Source: Spirochaetia bacterium
GTDB taxonomy: Bacteria; Spirochaetota; Spirochaetia; CAKZLE01
Assembly: GCA_963677595.1 (NCBI GenBank)
Contig: OY782041.1
Location: forward strand, 1,312,001 to 1,376,000
Direction: 5' to 3'
DNA length: 64,000 nucleotides
Part shown: positions 1-9,809 of the stretch, piece after piece
Layout: the number at the start of each line of letters is the position of its first letter
How positions within the stretch are numbered: the stretch's first letter is position 1
The notes under the pieces: model-generated
What the model was told of the DNA's origin: nothing
Seen by the model: the letters and a program-made list of their open reading frames with translations, nothing else
Databases searched by the model: none
Made by a program: the position numbers and the translations under genes

Positions 1-3000
1 GTTGTTAGAATACCGGAGCCCGAGCTCGATACTCTCGCGGTCAGCCATCGGAAGTACGTCGATGGTGTAGCCCTGGTTCCGGTAGGCTGCGATGATGAAG
101 TCCGTGTAGAAGGGTGAGAACTGCGGGGCAATGACCGTACGCTGCTTGTCCTTCTTCGTGAAGATCCTCGTCTGGATCCTCTCGATCGCGGAGGCGCGGT
201 AGTCATCCCGCCGGCCCTTGAGGGACTCGACGAGCGAACGTACCCTGAGCTTCACCGAGCCGGGACTGGTCATCTCATCGATCTTGATCAGCGTCGGGTT
301 CTTCCCGTACTGGTTGAGGATCGACTTGACCTCATCGACGGTGATGGCATCAGGACCGCACCCGAAGGAGTTGAGCTGGATCACCTCGACATGCTGCTGG
401 TGGGCTGCCCAGGTCGCGGCATGGTAGAGCCGGTTCGGGTAGGTCCACTGTGTGAGCACGTGGATATCCTGCAGTTTCTGCTTCGGTGAAGTCGGTACGG
501 AATCCTCTGTGATAACATCAAATCCCAGCGCACTGATGATCTCCGGGATCTTCATGTTTACGAAGGGGTCGATGTGGTAGGGCCTTCCGAGGAGGAGGAT
601 CACCTTGCGCCCTTCCCGTTCTGCATCCTTCACGATCTCGTTCGAGATGCGCCGCAGTTCGGCCTTCACGGAATCACTCTCCTTCATGGCCTTGTTGACG
701 GCACGGGTGACGACCGACTTCGGGACCCCGAGTTCACTGAAATAATCGATGCTCCGCTTCATGAGCAGGTTCTTCCGCTCGAAGCTGAAGGAGGGGTTGT
801 CCAGCGGCACGCTGTACCGGGTTCCCGGGTCTATCGATGACTCGATGACTTGTGGATAACCTGTGACTACCGGGCAGTTATAGCTGTTGAGGACGTTCGC
901 GTATTCGCCCTTGGTATACCTGATCTTGGGGTAGAAGATACGGTCTACCCCCTTCTCGACGAGGTTAATGATATGCCCGTTGGTGATCTTCGCCGGGAAG
1001 CAGATGTTCTCCGACATGACGGAACTGTACCCCTTGGTGACCAGCTCCTGGGTCGAGGGGTCAGAGAGGACGACCTCGAAACCGCATGAGGTGAAGAGGG
1101 TGTTCCAGAAGGGGAAGTCATCCCAGATATTCAGGACCCTCGGGATGCCGATCCTTCCCCGTTTCTTCCCCACAGGTTCACCCGATCGGTTCAGGAGCAA
1201 CTCCCGCTTCCGCTCGGGAAGGTTCTCACCCGTACGGGTCCCCTTGGCCTGGTTGGTGAAGATCTTCTCGCACTTGTTGCCGGTATAGAACTGGGCCTTG
1301 GACCCGTCCGGCCTCGTCCTCTCCGGGTAGGAGAGTCTCACGATCTCGCACTGGTTCTCGCAGCCGTGACAGGTCAGGTTCCGCTTCTCGTAGGCTGCCG
1401 CTTGCGGCAGCTGCTCCCAGCCGATGAAGCTTGAAGCTGCCCGCTCCTGCTGCTTGAAGTACTTGTCGCGTGAGAGGAGCGCCGCACCCCAGGCCCCCAT
1501 CAGCTCGGACCGGTCGGGACGGATAACCGACCGCTCGGTCACCAGTTCCATCGCCCGCAGGACCGCGGGGTTCCGGAAGGTTCCCCCCTGCACCACGATA
1601 TGGTCCCCGAGCACCCGGGAGTCCGAGATCTTCAGCACCTTGTTCAGGCAGTTCCTGATCACGGAGTAGGCAAGGCCTGCGGAGATATCGCCGAGGGCTC
1701 CGCCCTCCCTGAGCACCTGCTTCACCTTCGAGTTCATGAACACCGTACAGCGGGATCCCAGGTCATAGGGATGGTCAGCAAGGCATGCGGACTGGGCGAA
1801 CTCCTGTACACTCTTGTTCATCGACTTCGCGAAGGTCTCTATGAATGAACCGGACCCTGAGGAACAGGATTCGTTCAACTCGATATTCTGGATCACCTGG
1901 TCCTTCACTGATATGGCCTTCATGTCCTGTCCGCCGATATCCATGATGAAGGAGACGTCCGGCTCGAAGAACCGTGCCCCGCGGTAGTGGGCGATCGTCT
2001 CGACATAGCCGTCATCGAGGCTGAAGGCGAACTGGATGAGGTCCTCCCCGTAGCCGGTCGAGGCACCCCGTGCTACCGTGATGTCAACGCCTGCTTCGTC
2101 TATCTGACGGGAGAGCTCGGTGAGCCCGGTGAGCACCGCATCGACCGGGTTCCCCTTGTTCGAGGAGTAGAAGGTGAAACCGAGGCGCCCGTCCTCATCT
2201 ATGAGCACGACCTTGGTGGTCGTGGAACCTGAGTCGATCCCGAGGAAGACGGGTTTCCCGTCCAGTTCCTTCAGGTCTACCTGCTTGATCCGGTAGTTCT
2301 CGAACCGCTTCTCCCAGGCTGCGAGCTCCGCCTCATCGGCGAAGAGCCTCGGCAGGGAGGCTGCTGATGCCAGCTTGATGTTCTGTGAAGCTTCCAGTTT
2401 ATCGATGAGCCCCCTGATCGTGTATTCCTCGCCCCGGGTCTTCGCCCTGAGGGCCGCACCGGCTGCCGGTATATACTCCGTGGTAAGCCGTTCATCGATG
2501 AGCTGTGTGTCCACGACATCCGCTTCGGTGAGACCGAGCACCTCGAGGAAGGTCTCCTTCAGTACCGGCTGGAAGGTGAAGGGACCGCCTGCGAACATCA
2601 GCTTCGGCGTGATGTCCATTCCCCGTGCAAGGGCACTGATGATCTGGAACGAGACAGCCCGGTAGATCGATGCCGCGATATCCTGGGGCGGCACATCCCT
2701 GCTGATGAGGTTCTGGATGTCGGTCTTGGCGAACACCCCGCATCGGGATGCGATCGGGTGGCAGGTCGTGTGGGTACGGGCCACGTCGCTGAGCTCGCTG
2801 ACCGGTATATGGAGGAGTTCTGCCATCTGGTCTATGAACGCCCCAGTTCCCCCGGCGCAGTTCCCGTTCATCCTGATGTCAGGGTGAAGGTTGTCATCGA
2901 AGAAGATGATCTTCGCATCCTCGCCGCCGAGGTCGACGAACGTCCTCACCTCAGGCAGGTACTGCTTGACCACCTCACTGGACGCGACGACCTCCTGCAC

Positions 3001-3237
3001 GAAGGGAAGCTCAGCCTTCTCTGCCACACCCATCCCCGCGGTCCCCGTGAAGAGCACCGAGACATGTGCATCGGGCTCGATGAGCCCGACGACCTCATCG
3101 AGGATCTGCAGGAGGACGGTGAAGACCTCCGCATTATGACGCCTGTAGGAAGTGAAGAGGATCTTCCCCTCTGTATCGGTCAGGACTATCTTCGCAGTAG
3201 TCGAACCTATATCTATACCTAAATAGTAAGTTTTCAT
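1..3237 (-). CDS. 2-hydroxyacyl-CoA dehydratase activator-like multidomain protein (tandem BcrAD/BadFG ATPase domains plus DUF2229-like region), truncated by the window edge
   Basis: Manual translation from ATG at 3237 (MKTYYLGIDIGSTTAKIV), SD GAGGTGA. Motifs DLGGEDAK, CAGGTG, GIDSGSTTTK, DIGGQDMK, CSSGSGSF. Absent from the ORF track because there is no stop inside the window. Confidence 0.9.
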   Translation of the reverse strand, partial: MKTYYLGIDIGSTTAKIVLTDTEGKILFTSYRRHNAEVFTVLLQILDEVVGLIEPDAHVSVLFTGTAGMGVAEKAELPFVQEVVASSEVVKQYLPEVRTFVDLGGEDAKIIFFDDNLHPDIRMNGNCAGGTGAFIDQMAELLHIPVSELSDVARTHTTCHPIASRCGVFAKTDIQNLISRDVPPQDIAASIYRAVSFQIISALARGMDITPKLMFAGGPFTFQPVLKETFLEVLGLTEADVVDTQLIDERLTTEYIPAAGAALRAKTRGEEYTIRGLIDKLEASQNIKLASAASLPRLFADEAELAAWEKRFENYRIKQVDLKELDGKPVFLGIDSGSTTTKVVLIDEDGRLGFTFYSSNKGNPVDAVLTGLTELSRQIDEAGVDITVARGASTGYGEDLIQFAFSLDDGYVETIAHYRGARFFEPDVSFIMDIGGQDMKAISVKDQVIQNIELNESCSSGSGSFIETFAKSMNKSVQEFAQSACLADHPYDLGSRCTVFMNSKVKQVLREGGALGDISAGLAYSVIRNCLNKVLKISDSRVLGDHIVVQGGTFRNPAVLRAMELVTERSVIRPDRSELMGAWGAALLSRDKYFKQQERAASSFIGWEQLPQAAAYEKRNLTCHGCENQCEIVRLSYPERTRPDGSKAQFYTGNKCEKIFTNQAKGTRTGENLPERKRELLLNRSGEPVGKKRGRIGIPRVLNIWDDFPFWNTLFTSCGFEVVLSDPSTQELVTKGYSSVMSENICFPAKITNGHIINLVEKGVDRIFYPKIRYTKGEYANVLNSYNCPVVTGYPQVIESSIDPGTRYSVPLDNPSFSFERKNLLMKRSIDYFSELGVPKSVVTRAVNKAMKESDSVKAELRRISNEIVKDAEREGRKVILLLGRPYHIDPFVNMKIPEIISALGFDVITEDSVPTSPKQKLQDIHVLTQWTYPNRLYHAATWAAHQQHVEVIQLNSFGCGPDAITVDEVKSILNQYGKNPTLIKIDEMTSPGSVKLRVRSLVESLKGRRDDYRASAIERIQTRIFTKKDKQRTVIAPQFSPFYTDFIIAAYRNQGYTIDVLPMADRESIELGLRYSNN

Positions 3238-3350
3238 AATTCACCTCTGTAACGAGTCTGAATATAGTACAGAAAATACCGAACTCTCTCAATAGATACA
3301 CATATGATGAACCGCGCAATTCACCATTCTGTGCTATAATCCAAACTATC

Positions 3351-3872
3351 ATGAAAGAAGCACCCTATACCATCATGGTAGGTTCCACCCTCAAACATCT
3401 CGGGAAGACGGCCCTGATCTGCAGGATGATCTCACTGCTGAAAGACGCATACCGCATCGCGGTGGTCAAAGTCACCCCCGGCAGGCAGGCGGGGTTCTCC
3501 CTCACTGAGGAGACCTCCACAGACCCACTCACCGACACTGCCCGCATCCTGGCGGCAGGGGCTGACCATGTCTACCACCTGACGGCAGACAGGGAATCGA
3601 TGTGCCCGGCGATAGAATCCCTCAGGGAGGAAGAAGCAGTGAGCAGTGCTGATGTACTGGTGCTGGAGACGACATCGGGGCGGGCTTGTCTGGAGCCGGA
3701 CCTCTTCGTCATCCTTGACGGGGAAAGTGAAAAGAAGAAGGCGTCAGCTGCGGCATACCTGCCGCTGGCTGACTATGTGATCACGATGGACGACTCGATT
3801 CGCTTCTCTGAGGTCATCACCTGTGAATCAGGAAGGATCCGCATCCTGCAGGGACTATCGTCCGAGGAATAG
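3351..3872 (+). CDS. MobB-like P-loop hypothetical protein
   Basis: 173-aa ORF with N-terminal GSTLKHLGKT and a DTARILAAGA segment typical of MobB-like small NTPases. Confidence 0.55.
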   Translation: MKEAPYTIMVGSTLKHLGKTALICRMISLLKDAYRIAVVKVTPGRQAGFSLTEETSTDPLTDTARILAAGADHVYHLTADRESMCPAIESLREEEAVSSADVLVLETTSGRACLEPDLFVILDGESEKKKASAAAYLPLADYVITMDDSIRFSEVITCESGRIRILQGLSSEE

Positions 3873-4064
3873 GTCGAAGAGGTTCTCGATACCACTGGTC
3901 TCGGCCCGGTAGAACTCGGTGAATCCGCAGTTCGTACATGAGATGGTATTGAACTTCTTGCTCTGCACATCGAGGAACTTGCTGATTCCCCCTCCTGTCG
4001 CAGCCATCTGGTCGGTCTGGTATCCTGTGTTCCCGCATTTCGGGCATGTCCAGCTTGGATTCAT
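3855..4064 (-). CDS. Zinc-ribbon protein (DUF2082-like)
   Basis: CPKC...CTNC pairs, GFTEFY, FDLFLG end; SD GGAGGAG before the ATG at 4064. Confidence 0.8.
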   Translation of the reverse strand: MNPSWTCPKCGNTGYQTDQMAATGGGISKFLDVQSKKFNTISCTNCGFTEFYRAETSGIENLFDLFLGR

Positions 4065-4147
4065 GCACTCCTCCAATTATCTAGGTTGTATCTCAGAGAA
4101 GAGTATACCATAGCTGGAGAGGGTTGTTACAGCTGGTCCGGCAGATG

Positions 4148-5272
4148 TCATAGGATGAAATCGAGGTAGGTCTCCCGTGAGATCACGGAATAGGAGGCTT
4201 CGGCATATGCTTTCCTGAACGCTTGCGGCAGTCTCGGTTCCTTCTTACCCCATTTAAATTCGAAGGAAGCTATTGCTGAGTCCACTGTCTCTATATAATC
4301 TATCTCCTGCCGGTCATAGGTTCTCCAGAAATACCTGTTCCCATAGAATGAGTCATACGATTGCTTTTTCAACCGTTCAGTGATCAGGAAGTTCTCGAAC
4401 AGTGCCCCGATGTCATTCCTGCCATCCAGTGCCCCGAACTGGTTGATGACCCCATTCCTGATGCCGTTATCAAGGAAATAGTATTTAGACTTTGTTGTCA
4501 CCTCTTTCCTCAGGTTCCTGCCGAACCCCGGCAATGCAGTGATCACGAACGTCTTCTCGAGAAGGTCGATGTACCTGGAGACCGTCTTCACATCAACATG
4601 CAGCTTCCTGGACAACTCCTGGAGGGAGACTTCACTTCCAACCTGGAACGCCAGCAGCTTGAGCAGCTGCAGTAAGGTATTCGGAGAACGCAGCCGCTCA
4701 TATGAGGGGATATCCTTCAGGAGGTATGATTGCACAAGTTCCTGCAGGATCTCGAGCTTCTCTATCCGCCCTCCTGCAGAGACCACCTCGGGGTATGACC
4801 CGAATACCAGGAAATCTTCAAGCTGCTGCTGCAGTTCATAGGGGGTGAAATGGTCACGCAGCTCCAGCTGTGCCAATGGGTAGAGGGTTATCGTCCTCTT
4901 CCTTCCGGTCAAGGGCTCACCAGCCTGCTGTGATAACGTGAAGGAAGAAGATCCAGTGGCTATGACCTCGCATTGAGGGATATGGTCCACGATCAGCTTG
5001 AGGGCCTGTCCTACCCCATGGATCTCCTGGGCCTCATCGATGGCAAGGAGTTCATACCCTTCGAGGGCTCGCCTGATCTGGTCAAGGTCGCGGGAGGCCA
5101 GCAATGCGGCAAACTGTATATGCTCTCCCGTTTCGAGGAGATACCGCTTCCCGCAGCCTTCAAGGTACTGCTTCAGCAGGGTCGTCTTCCCGGTCCTCCG
5201 CGGACCATACATGATGAGAACACGATGTTCACGCATCTGCTTGGCAAGGTCATCATAATACCGGGTAAACAT
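4148..5272 (-). CDS. AAA_14 ATPase with C-terminal DUF4143
   Basis: Walker A GPRRTGKTT, IDEAQ, TGSSS, KYYFLDNG, FWRT..QEIDY, FEFK. Confidence 0.9.
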   Translation of the reverse strand: MFTRYYDDLAKQMREHRVLIMYGPRRTGKTTLLKQYLEGCGKRYLLETGEHIQFAALLASRDLDQIRRALEGYELLAIDEAQEIHGVGQALKLIVDHIPQCEVIATGSSSFTLSQQAGEPLTGRKRTITLYPLAQLELRDHFTPYELQQQLEDFLVFGSYPEVVSAGGRIEKLEILQELVQSYLLKDIPSYERLRSPNTLLQLLKLLAFQVGSEVSLQELSRKLHVDVKTVSRYIDLLEKTFVITALPGFGRNLRKEVTTKSKYYFLDNGIRNGVINQFGALDGRNDIGALFENFLITERLKKQSYDSFYGNRYFWRTYDRQEIDYIETVDSAIASFEFKWGKKEPRLPQAFRKAYAEASYSVISRETYLDFIL

Positions 5273-5324
5273 AGCTCCTCCTTCTTAGGATTATACGTCA
5301 CAATACGACAATAATCAAATTTTG

Positions 5325-5372
5325 TGGAGGACAACTCCATGAATTAACGTAAATTTGTGGAGTTGTCATCCA
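5325..5372. promoter_or_regulatory. Twin palindromic boxes upstream of the AAA_14 gene
   Basis: TGGAGGACAACTCCA (5325-5339) and TGGAGTTGTCATCCA (5358-5372), which are near-inverted copies of each other. Confidence 0.5.
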
Positions 5373-5523
5373 CAAATTACCATATATTACTCCTAACAGG
5401 TTCAGTTCCGGGAAATACGGTGTCCTGGAAGCCCAATCCCGTCACGTATCACATTCCAGTCAACATTCCACACCATCTATGGTATGGTGAGGGGCAGAGA
5501 TCCCAACGAATTGGAGATATGGT

Positions 5524-5931
5524 ATGAACTTCGATCAATTACGGAATGCAATCAAGCGGTTCGAGGAGATGCTGGCTGCCTTCAAGGCAATGCCAGCAGA
5601 CAGCACAACGTTGGAACATGATGCGTTCCAGGATTCATTGGTCAAGCGATTTGAGTATACCCTGGATGCTTCCTGGAAAAGCTGCATGCGATACCTCTTT
5701 GAAGAAGGGTTCCTTGAAGCTGCAGCAGGTAGTCCTAAATCGATCATGAGGCTTGCAGCTGAAGCCGGGATGATCAGTAATGCAGAGAACTGGATCCGAT
5801 ACATCAATGCGCGGCAAAGCACTTCCCATGATCATTTCGCAGAGAATACAGATGTGGTGCTCTCGGTCGCAGATGGTTTCTACCGTGACGTGATCGGACT
5901 CTATGAGAGGATGAGCGGGACAGGATACTGA
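5524..5931 (+). CDS. HI0074-family nucleotidyltransferase substrate-binding (HEPN) protein
   Basis: DSLVKRFEYT..SWK, SPKSIMR and R-X4-H motif RQSTSH. Confidence 0.85.
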   Translation: MNFDQLRNAIKRFEEMLAAFKAMPADSTTLEHDAFQDSLVKRFEYTLDASWKSCMRYLFEEGFLEAAAGSPKSIMRLAAEAGMISNAENWIRYINARQSTSHDHFAENTDVVLSVADGFYRDVIGLYERMSGTGY

Positions 5932-6014
5932 TGCAATCCCATGAACAGATCCTCACGTCAAACGTCATACTCCAGCCCAGGCAGACAAGGTGAATGCTAT
6001 CCCCTGTTCACAGG

Positions 6015-7850
6015 CTACAGGTACCGCTGTCTCCTGCTGAGCAGCATGGCGTCCTTCAGCTCGGTGGCTGACCCTGCTGCCATCCATTTCTCAGGGAAAT
6101 CCTCCTCCCCTACCAGGGAGGCGATCGCGGCGATCGTCTTGAGGTGGAGGACCCTCGCATCCTTGCTGCCCCCGAGGAAGAAGACGGCCTTGACCGACGG
6201 ATTGTCAGGGTGGAAATCCACCCCTTCGGAACACCTCACCACATGCATGAACGCATCCTCATCCCCGTCGGTGATGATGTGCGGGATGGCCAGGAAGTCG
6301 GAGATCGCCGTGTTCATGGACTCATGACGCTCGGTATACCGCCTGATGACTTCACCCTCCTCCATCCCGATCTCTTTTGCGATGTCAGGCGCGACAGTCC
6401 TCAGCAGGCTGGAGAAGTCACTCTTCCCCTGTATATCATAGACCTTCGCGTCCCGGACGAGGCAGTCGAATCGGTCCTGCTGGATCTCGTCCCTCGTGAT
6501 GATGATGTCCCTGAGCTCGGTCTCGAGCAGGTCCTCGGTCAGCCGGGTGTCGGTGATCCGCTTGAGCAGGTGCAGCAGGGCGAAATCGCCGGTTCCCCGC
6601 TTCCTCCCATAGAAGAGGTAGAGACAGAGGCAGGCGAATATGAAGAGGAGGCTGATCTCGATCGCCTGTGCACCGAGGTCGATGATGAAGTAGCCGAAGA
6701 GGATGATGCTCGCTATCTGCAGCCAGGGGTAGAGCGGGGCTTTGAAGCTCGGCCGGTAGTTGGACAGGTTGCTCTCCCGCAGGATGATGATCGCCAGGTT
6801 CGTAAGGACATAGCTCGTCAGGATCACCGTCGAGGCTGCCTTGACCAGGACATCGAGCGGGAGCAGCAGAGCAAGGAAGATCATGACCGAGGTTATGGAG
6901 AGCGCGATGACCGGGGACTCCTTCTTCCGGCTCACGCGTGAGAAGAAGGGCGGCAGCAGGTGGTCCCTGCTGAGGGCGAGCGGATACCTGCTGGAGGACA
7001 TGAGCCCTGCATTAGCAGTCGTGATGAAGGCCAGCATCGAGGCGGCGATGATGACGCCGTACCCGATGTTTCCCATGAGGATCCTGGCTGAATCGGCTAC
7101 CGGGGTAAGGGAGCCTGCGAACTCCCCGGGAGGGAGGACCCCGGTCAGGACGATGACGATCAGCCCGTAGAAGAGGGTCACGATCCCGATGGAGAGGATC
7201 ATCCCGAGCGGAATGTTCCTCTTGGGGTTGATCACCTCCTCCGAGATGTTCGCGACCTTCAGCAGCCCCCCGAAGGAGATGAAGATGAACCCTGAGGTGA
7301 TGATGATCGAGTTCACCCCCTTCCCGAGGAAGTCATCGAAGTGGGAGGGTTCGATCCGCGGGATGCCGATAATGATATAGAGCAGGAGCAGCAGCAGAAG
7401 GCCTGCCACCATGATGATCTGGAAGGTCGTCGCCTCCTTCACACCCGCCACATTGATGACGAGGAAGAGGAGGCAGAGGATACCGGCCGAGAGGATCGGC
7501 GATATGCCGAAGAGCACGTAGATGATCTCCGAGATACCGAAGATGGCGAACGCGCTCTTCAGGGCCAGCGCGAACCAGCCGAGGAACCCTGAGATGGTCC
7601 CGAAGAGGGACCCGAATGTACGGTTAATGAAGTAGTAGTCGCCCCCGGCTTTCGGCATGGCAGTCGAGAGCTCGATGACGCTGAAGATCCCCATCAGGGC
7701 CAGCAGCCCGCCGAGGATGTAGGATATGAAGACTGCAGGCCCGGCTTTTGAGAATGCCAGGCCGGGCAGGACGAAGATACCGGAGCTGATCATAGCCCCG
7801 GTCGCGATACTGAATACTCCAGCAAGGTTTATGTTCTTCTTCAGACTCAC
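6015..7850 (-). CDS. APC-family amino acid permease fused to a C-terminal PTS EIIA domain
   Basis: About 12 TM segments with GAMISSGIFVLPG and ELSTAMPKAGGDY; soluble tail with AIPH. Confidence 0.85.
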   Translation of the reverse strand: MSLKKNINLAGVFSIATGAMISSGIFVLPGLAFSKAGPAVFISYILGGLLALMGIFSVIELSTAMPKAGGDYYFINRTFGSLFGTISGFLGWFALALKSAFAIFGISEIIYVLFGISPILSAGILCLLFLVINVAGVKEATTFQIIMVAGLLLLLLLYIIIGIPRIEPSHFDDFLGKGVNSIIITSGFIFISFGGLLKVANISEEVINPKRNIPLGMILSIGIVTLFYGLIVIVLTGVLPPGEFAGSLTPVADSARILMGNIGYGVIIAASMLAFITTANAGLMSSSRYPLALSRDHLLPPFFSRVSRKKESPVIALSITSVMIFLALLLPLDVLVKAASTVILTSYVLTNLAIIILRESNLSNYRPSFKAPLYPWLQIASIILFGYFIIDLGAQAIEISLLFIFACLCLYLFYGRKRGTGDFALLHLLKRITDTRLTEDLLETELRDIIITRDEIQQDRFDCLVRDAKVYDIQGKSDFSSLLRTVAPDIAKEIGMEEGEVIRRYTERHESMNTAISDFLAIPHIITDGDEDAFMHVVRCSEGVDFHPDNPSVKAVFFLGGSKDARVLHLKTIAAIASLVGEEDFPEKWMAAGSATELKDAMLLSRRQRYL

Positions 7851-7921
7851 AGGCCCTCCTTCGTTTCCGGTACTCTACTATACCATTGTTTCCGGTTCAG
7901 GTAACTATGAATCGTAAAGAA

Positions 7922-8494
7922 TCATGTATCGAGAACAGCATGTGCCTGGTCTATCCCCGACACCGGAGCATGGGCATGCACCCTATCCTTCACCACGAGG
8001 TTCGTGACGTCCCCGGTGAAGTTCCGGTGGAAGAGGATGTCATGGCCGAGGCAGAGACCGATAGTCACGGCCAGGTCGACACCCTCGGCCTTCAGCTGGG
8101 CAGCCTGGTTGACCGGGTTGCAGGAGACGCCGGGCAGTTCGCTCTCCTTGTTGATATCTTTCTGGGCGACCCCACCGACCGTGCAGGATACCCCCGTGAC
8201 CGGGACTCCTGCAGCCTTGAAGAGCTTCAGGACCTTCCCGGCAAGAGGCTCCATGCCGTAGCAGTAGGCAAGCCCGACCTTCTTGTAGCCCATCGTCTTC
8301 GAGAACTCGATGAGCTCCTCGATCCGGGAGAGCTCGCCAGCCCTCCCGCCGTCGACGAGCTTCGCCGCATGCTGCACGACCTGCTGGTGCCCCTCCTCAT
8401 GGTAGATACCGGTATGGGTATCTATGTCGAAGGATTCGGCCCCGCAGGAGAGGGCACTCCTGCAGGATTTCCTCTTGCAGCTTATGCAGTTCAT
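7922..8494 (-). CDS. DUF1847 family Cys-rich metal-binding protein
   Basis: CxxC..C..C N-terminus, RIEELIEF, GLAYCYG, CNPVNQA, GLCLGHD, VVKDRV. Confidence 0.85.
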   Translation of the reverse strand: MNCISCKRKSCRSALSCGAESFDIDTHTGIYHEEGHQQVVQHAAKLVDGGRAGELSRIEELIEFSKTMGYKKVGLAYCYGMEPLAGKVLKLFKAAGVPVTGVSCTVGGVAQKDINKESELPGVSCNPVNQAAQLKAEGVDLAVTIGLCLGHDILFHRNFTGDVTNLVVKDRVHAHAPVSGIDQAHAVLDT

Positions 8495-9774
8495 TAGAGC
8501 TGCTTCGAGATGGTGATCGCAGCGATGGTACCGTCAGCGACTGCAGTCGTGATCTGCCGGTAGGCCTTCGACTTCACATCGCCGACCGCATAGACGCCGT
8601 CAAGGTTGGTCTTCATCTGGTCGTCAGCCGCGAGGTAGCCCCACTGGTCCAGCTCGAGGTTGTCGCCGAGGTCGTCGATGTTCGGGAGGAACCCGACGAA
8701 GACGAAGATACCAGTGGTCCGCAGTTCCTTGAGCTCGCCGCTCTTCAGGTCCTCGACCACGACGCCCATGTCCATGGTGCCGTACTTCTTGAACTCCCTC
8801 GGTTCATGCTCGAACATGATCTCGATCTTCGGGTTATCGAAGGCCTCCTTCTGGGCAGCCTTGTTGGCCTGGAGCTCGGCGAACTGGTGTACGATAGTCA
8901 CCTTCTTGGCGAACCTGGTGATGAACAGGGACTCCTCGATAGCGGAGTTACCGCCGCCGATCACGACGACTTCTTTGTCCTCGAAGTATTTCGCGTCACA
9001 GGTCGCACAGTAGGAGATACCGTTCCCCCGGTATTCCAACTCCCCGGGGATGCCGAGCGGTCTCGGCCGTGAACCGGTAGCGATGACGATGTGCTTTGCC
9101 TTGATGGTCTCGACCCCGTCGATGACGACCTGCTTCTTCTCAAGGTCGATATCGGTCACGTCGACTGCGACACGGTATTCCACCCCGTTCGCCTTTGCCT
9201 GCTCGCTCATGTAATGGGAGAGCATGAATCCCGGCTGGGGATCCACGAAGCCAGGGTAGTTCGATACCTGGTGGGTCGTCGATACATAGCCTCCCGGGAG
9301 TGCCGGGTCGACCAGGATGACCTTCGCATGTGCCTGGGCAAGGTAGATCCCTGCGGTAAGCCCTGCAGGTCCGCCGCCGAGGACGATGACGTCACGCTCG
9401 GTCTCGACCGGCTCGATCTTTGCCTTCACCTCTTCGACCTCTTCACTGGTAAGCAGTGCATCGAGGTTCTCCATGAGGGCACCACGCTTGATCCCGCCAG
9501 AGAGCTTGTCACCCACCTGCTTCCCCTTCTCATAGAAGAGGACGGTCGGTGAACCGGTCACGTCCAGTTCGGCGGCCAGTTCCCGGTTACCCTGCCGGAA
9601 GATCTTCACGAAGGAGATCTTCTCCCCGTAGAGGTAGCTCAATGCCTCGTATTTCGAAGCCAGTGCCTCACAGGGAGGGCACTCGGTCGAATAGAAATCC
9701 ACTACAACCCGTTCTTTCTGCAGCACCTCTGAATCGAATTCTGCTGCGGTTATCTCTTTGATCTTACCAGCCAT
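8494..9774 (-). CDS. Thioredoxin-thioredoxin reductase fusion
   Basis: N-terminal Trx domain (VVDFYSTECPPC), then TrxR with GGGPAG, CATCD, GGGNSA, GVYAVGD. Confidence 0.9.
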   Translation of the reverse strand: MAGKIKEITAAEFDSEVLQKERVVVDFYSTECPPCEALASKYEALSYLYGEKISFVKIFRQGNRELAAELDVTGSPTVLFYEKGKQVGDKLSGGIKRGALMENLDALLTSEEVEEVKAKIEPVETERDVIVLGGGPAGLTAGIYLAQAHAKVILVDPALPGGYVSTTHQVSNYPGFVDPQPGFMLSHYMSEQAKANGVEYRVAVDVTDIDLEKKQVVIDGVETIKAKHIVIATGSRPRPLGIPGELEYRGNGISYCATCDAKYFEDKEVVVIGGGNSAIEESLFITRFAKKVTIVHQFAELQANKAAQKEAFDNPKIEIMFEHEPREFKKYGTMDMGVVVEDLKSGELKELRTTGIFVFVGFLPNIDDLGDNLELDQWGYLAADDQMKTNLDGVYAVGDVKSKAYRQITTAVADGTIAAITISKQL

Positions 9775-9809
9775 GTTCTTTCTCCTACTAGCTTATAAAA
9801 TTAATTTCG

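Noticed and set aside
218-3222. Many short plus-strand ORFs
   Set aside because: All lie opposite the long minus-strand CoA-activase gene.
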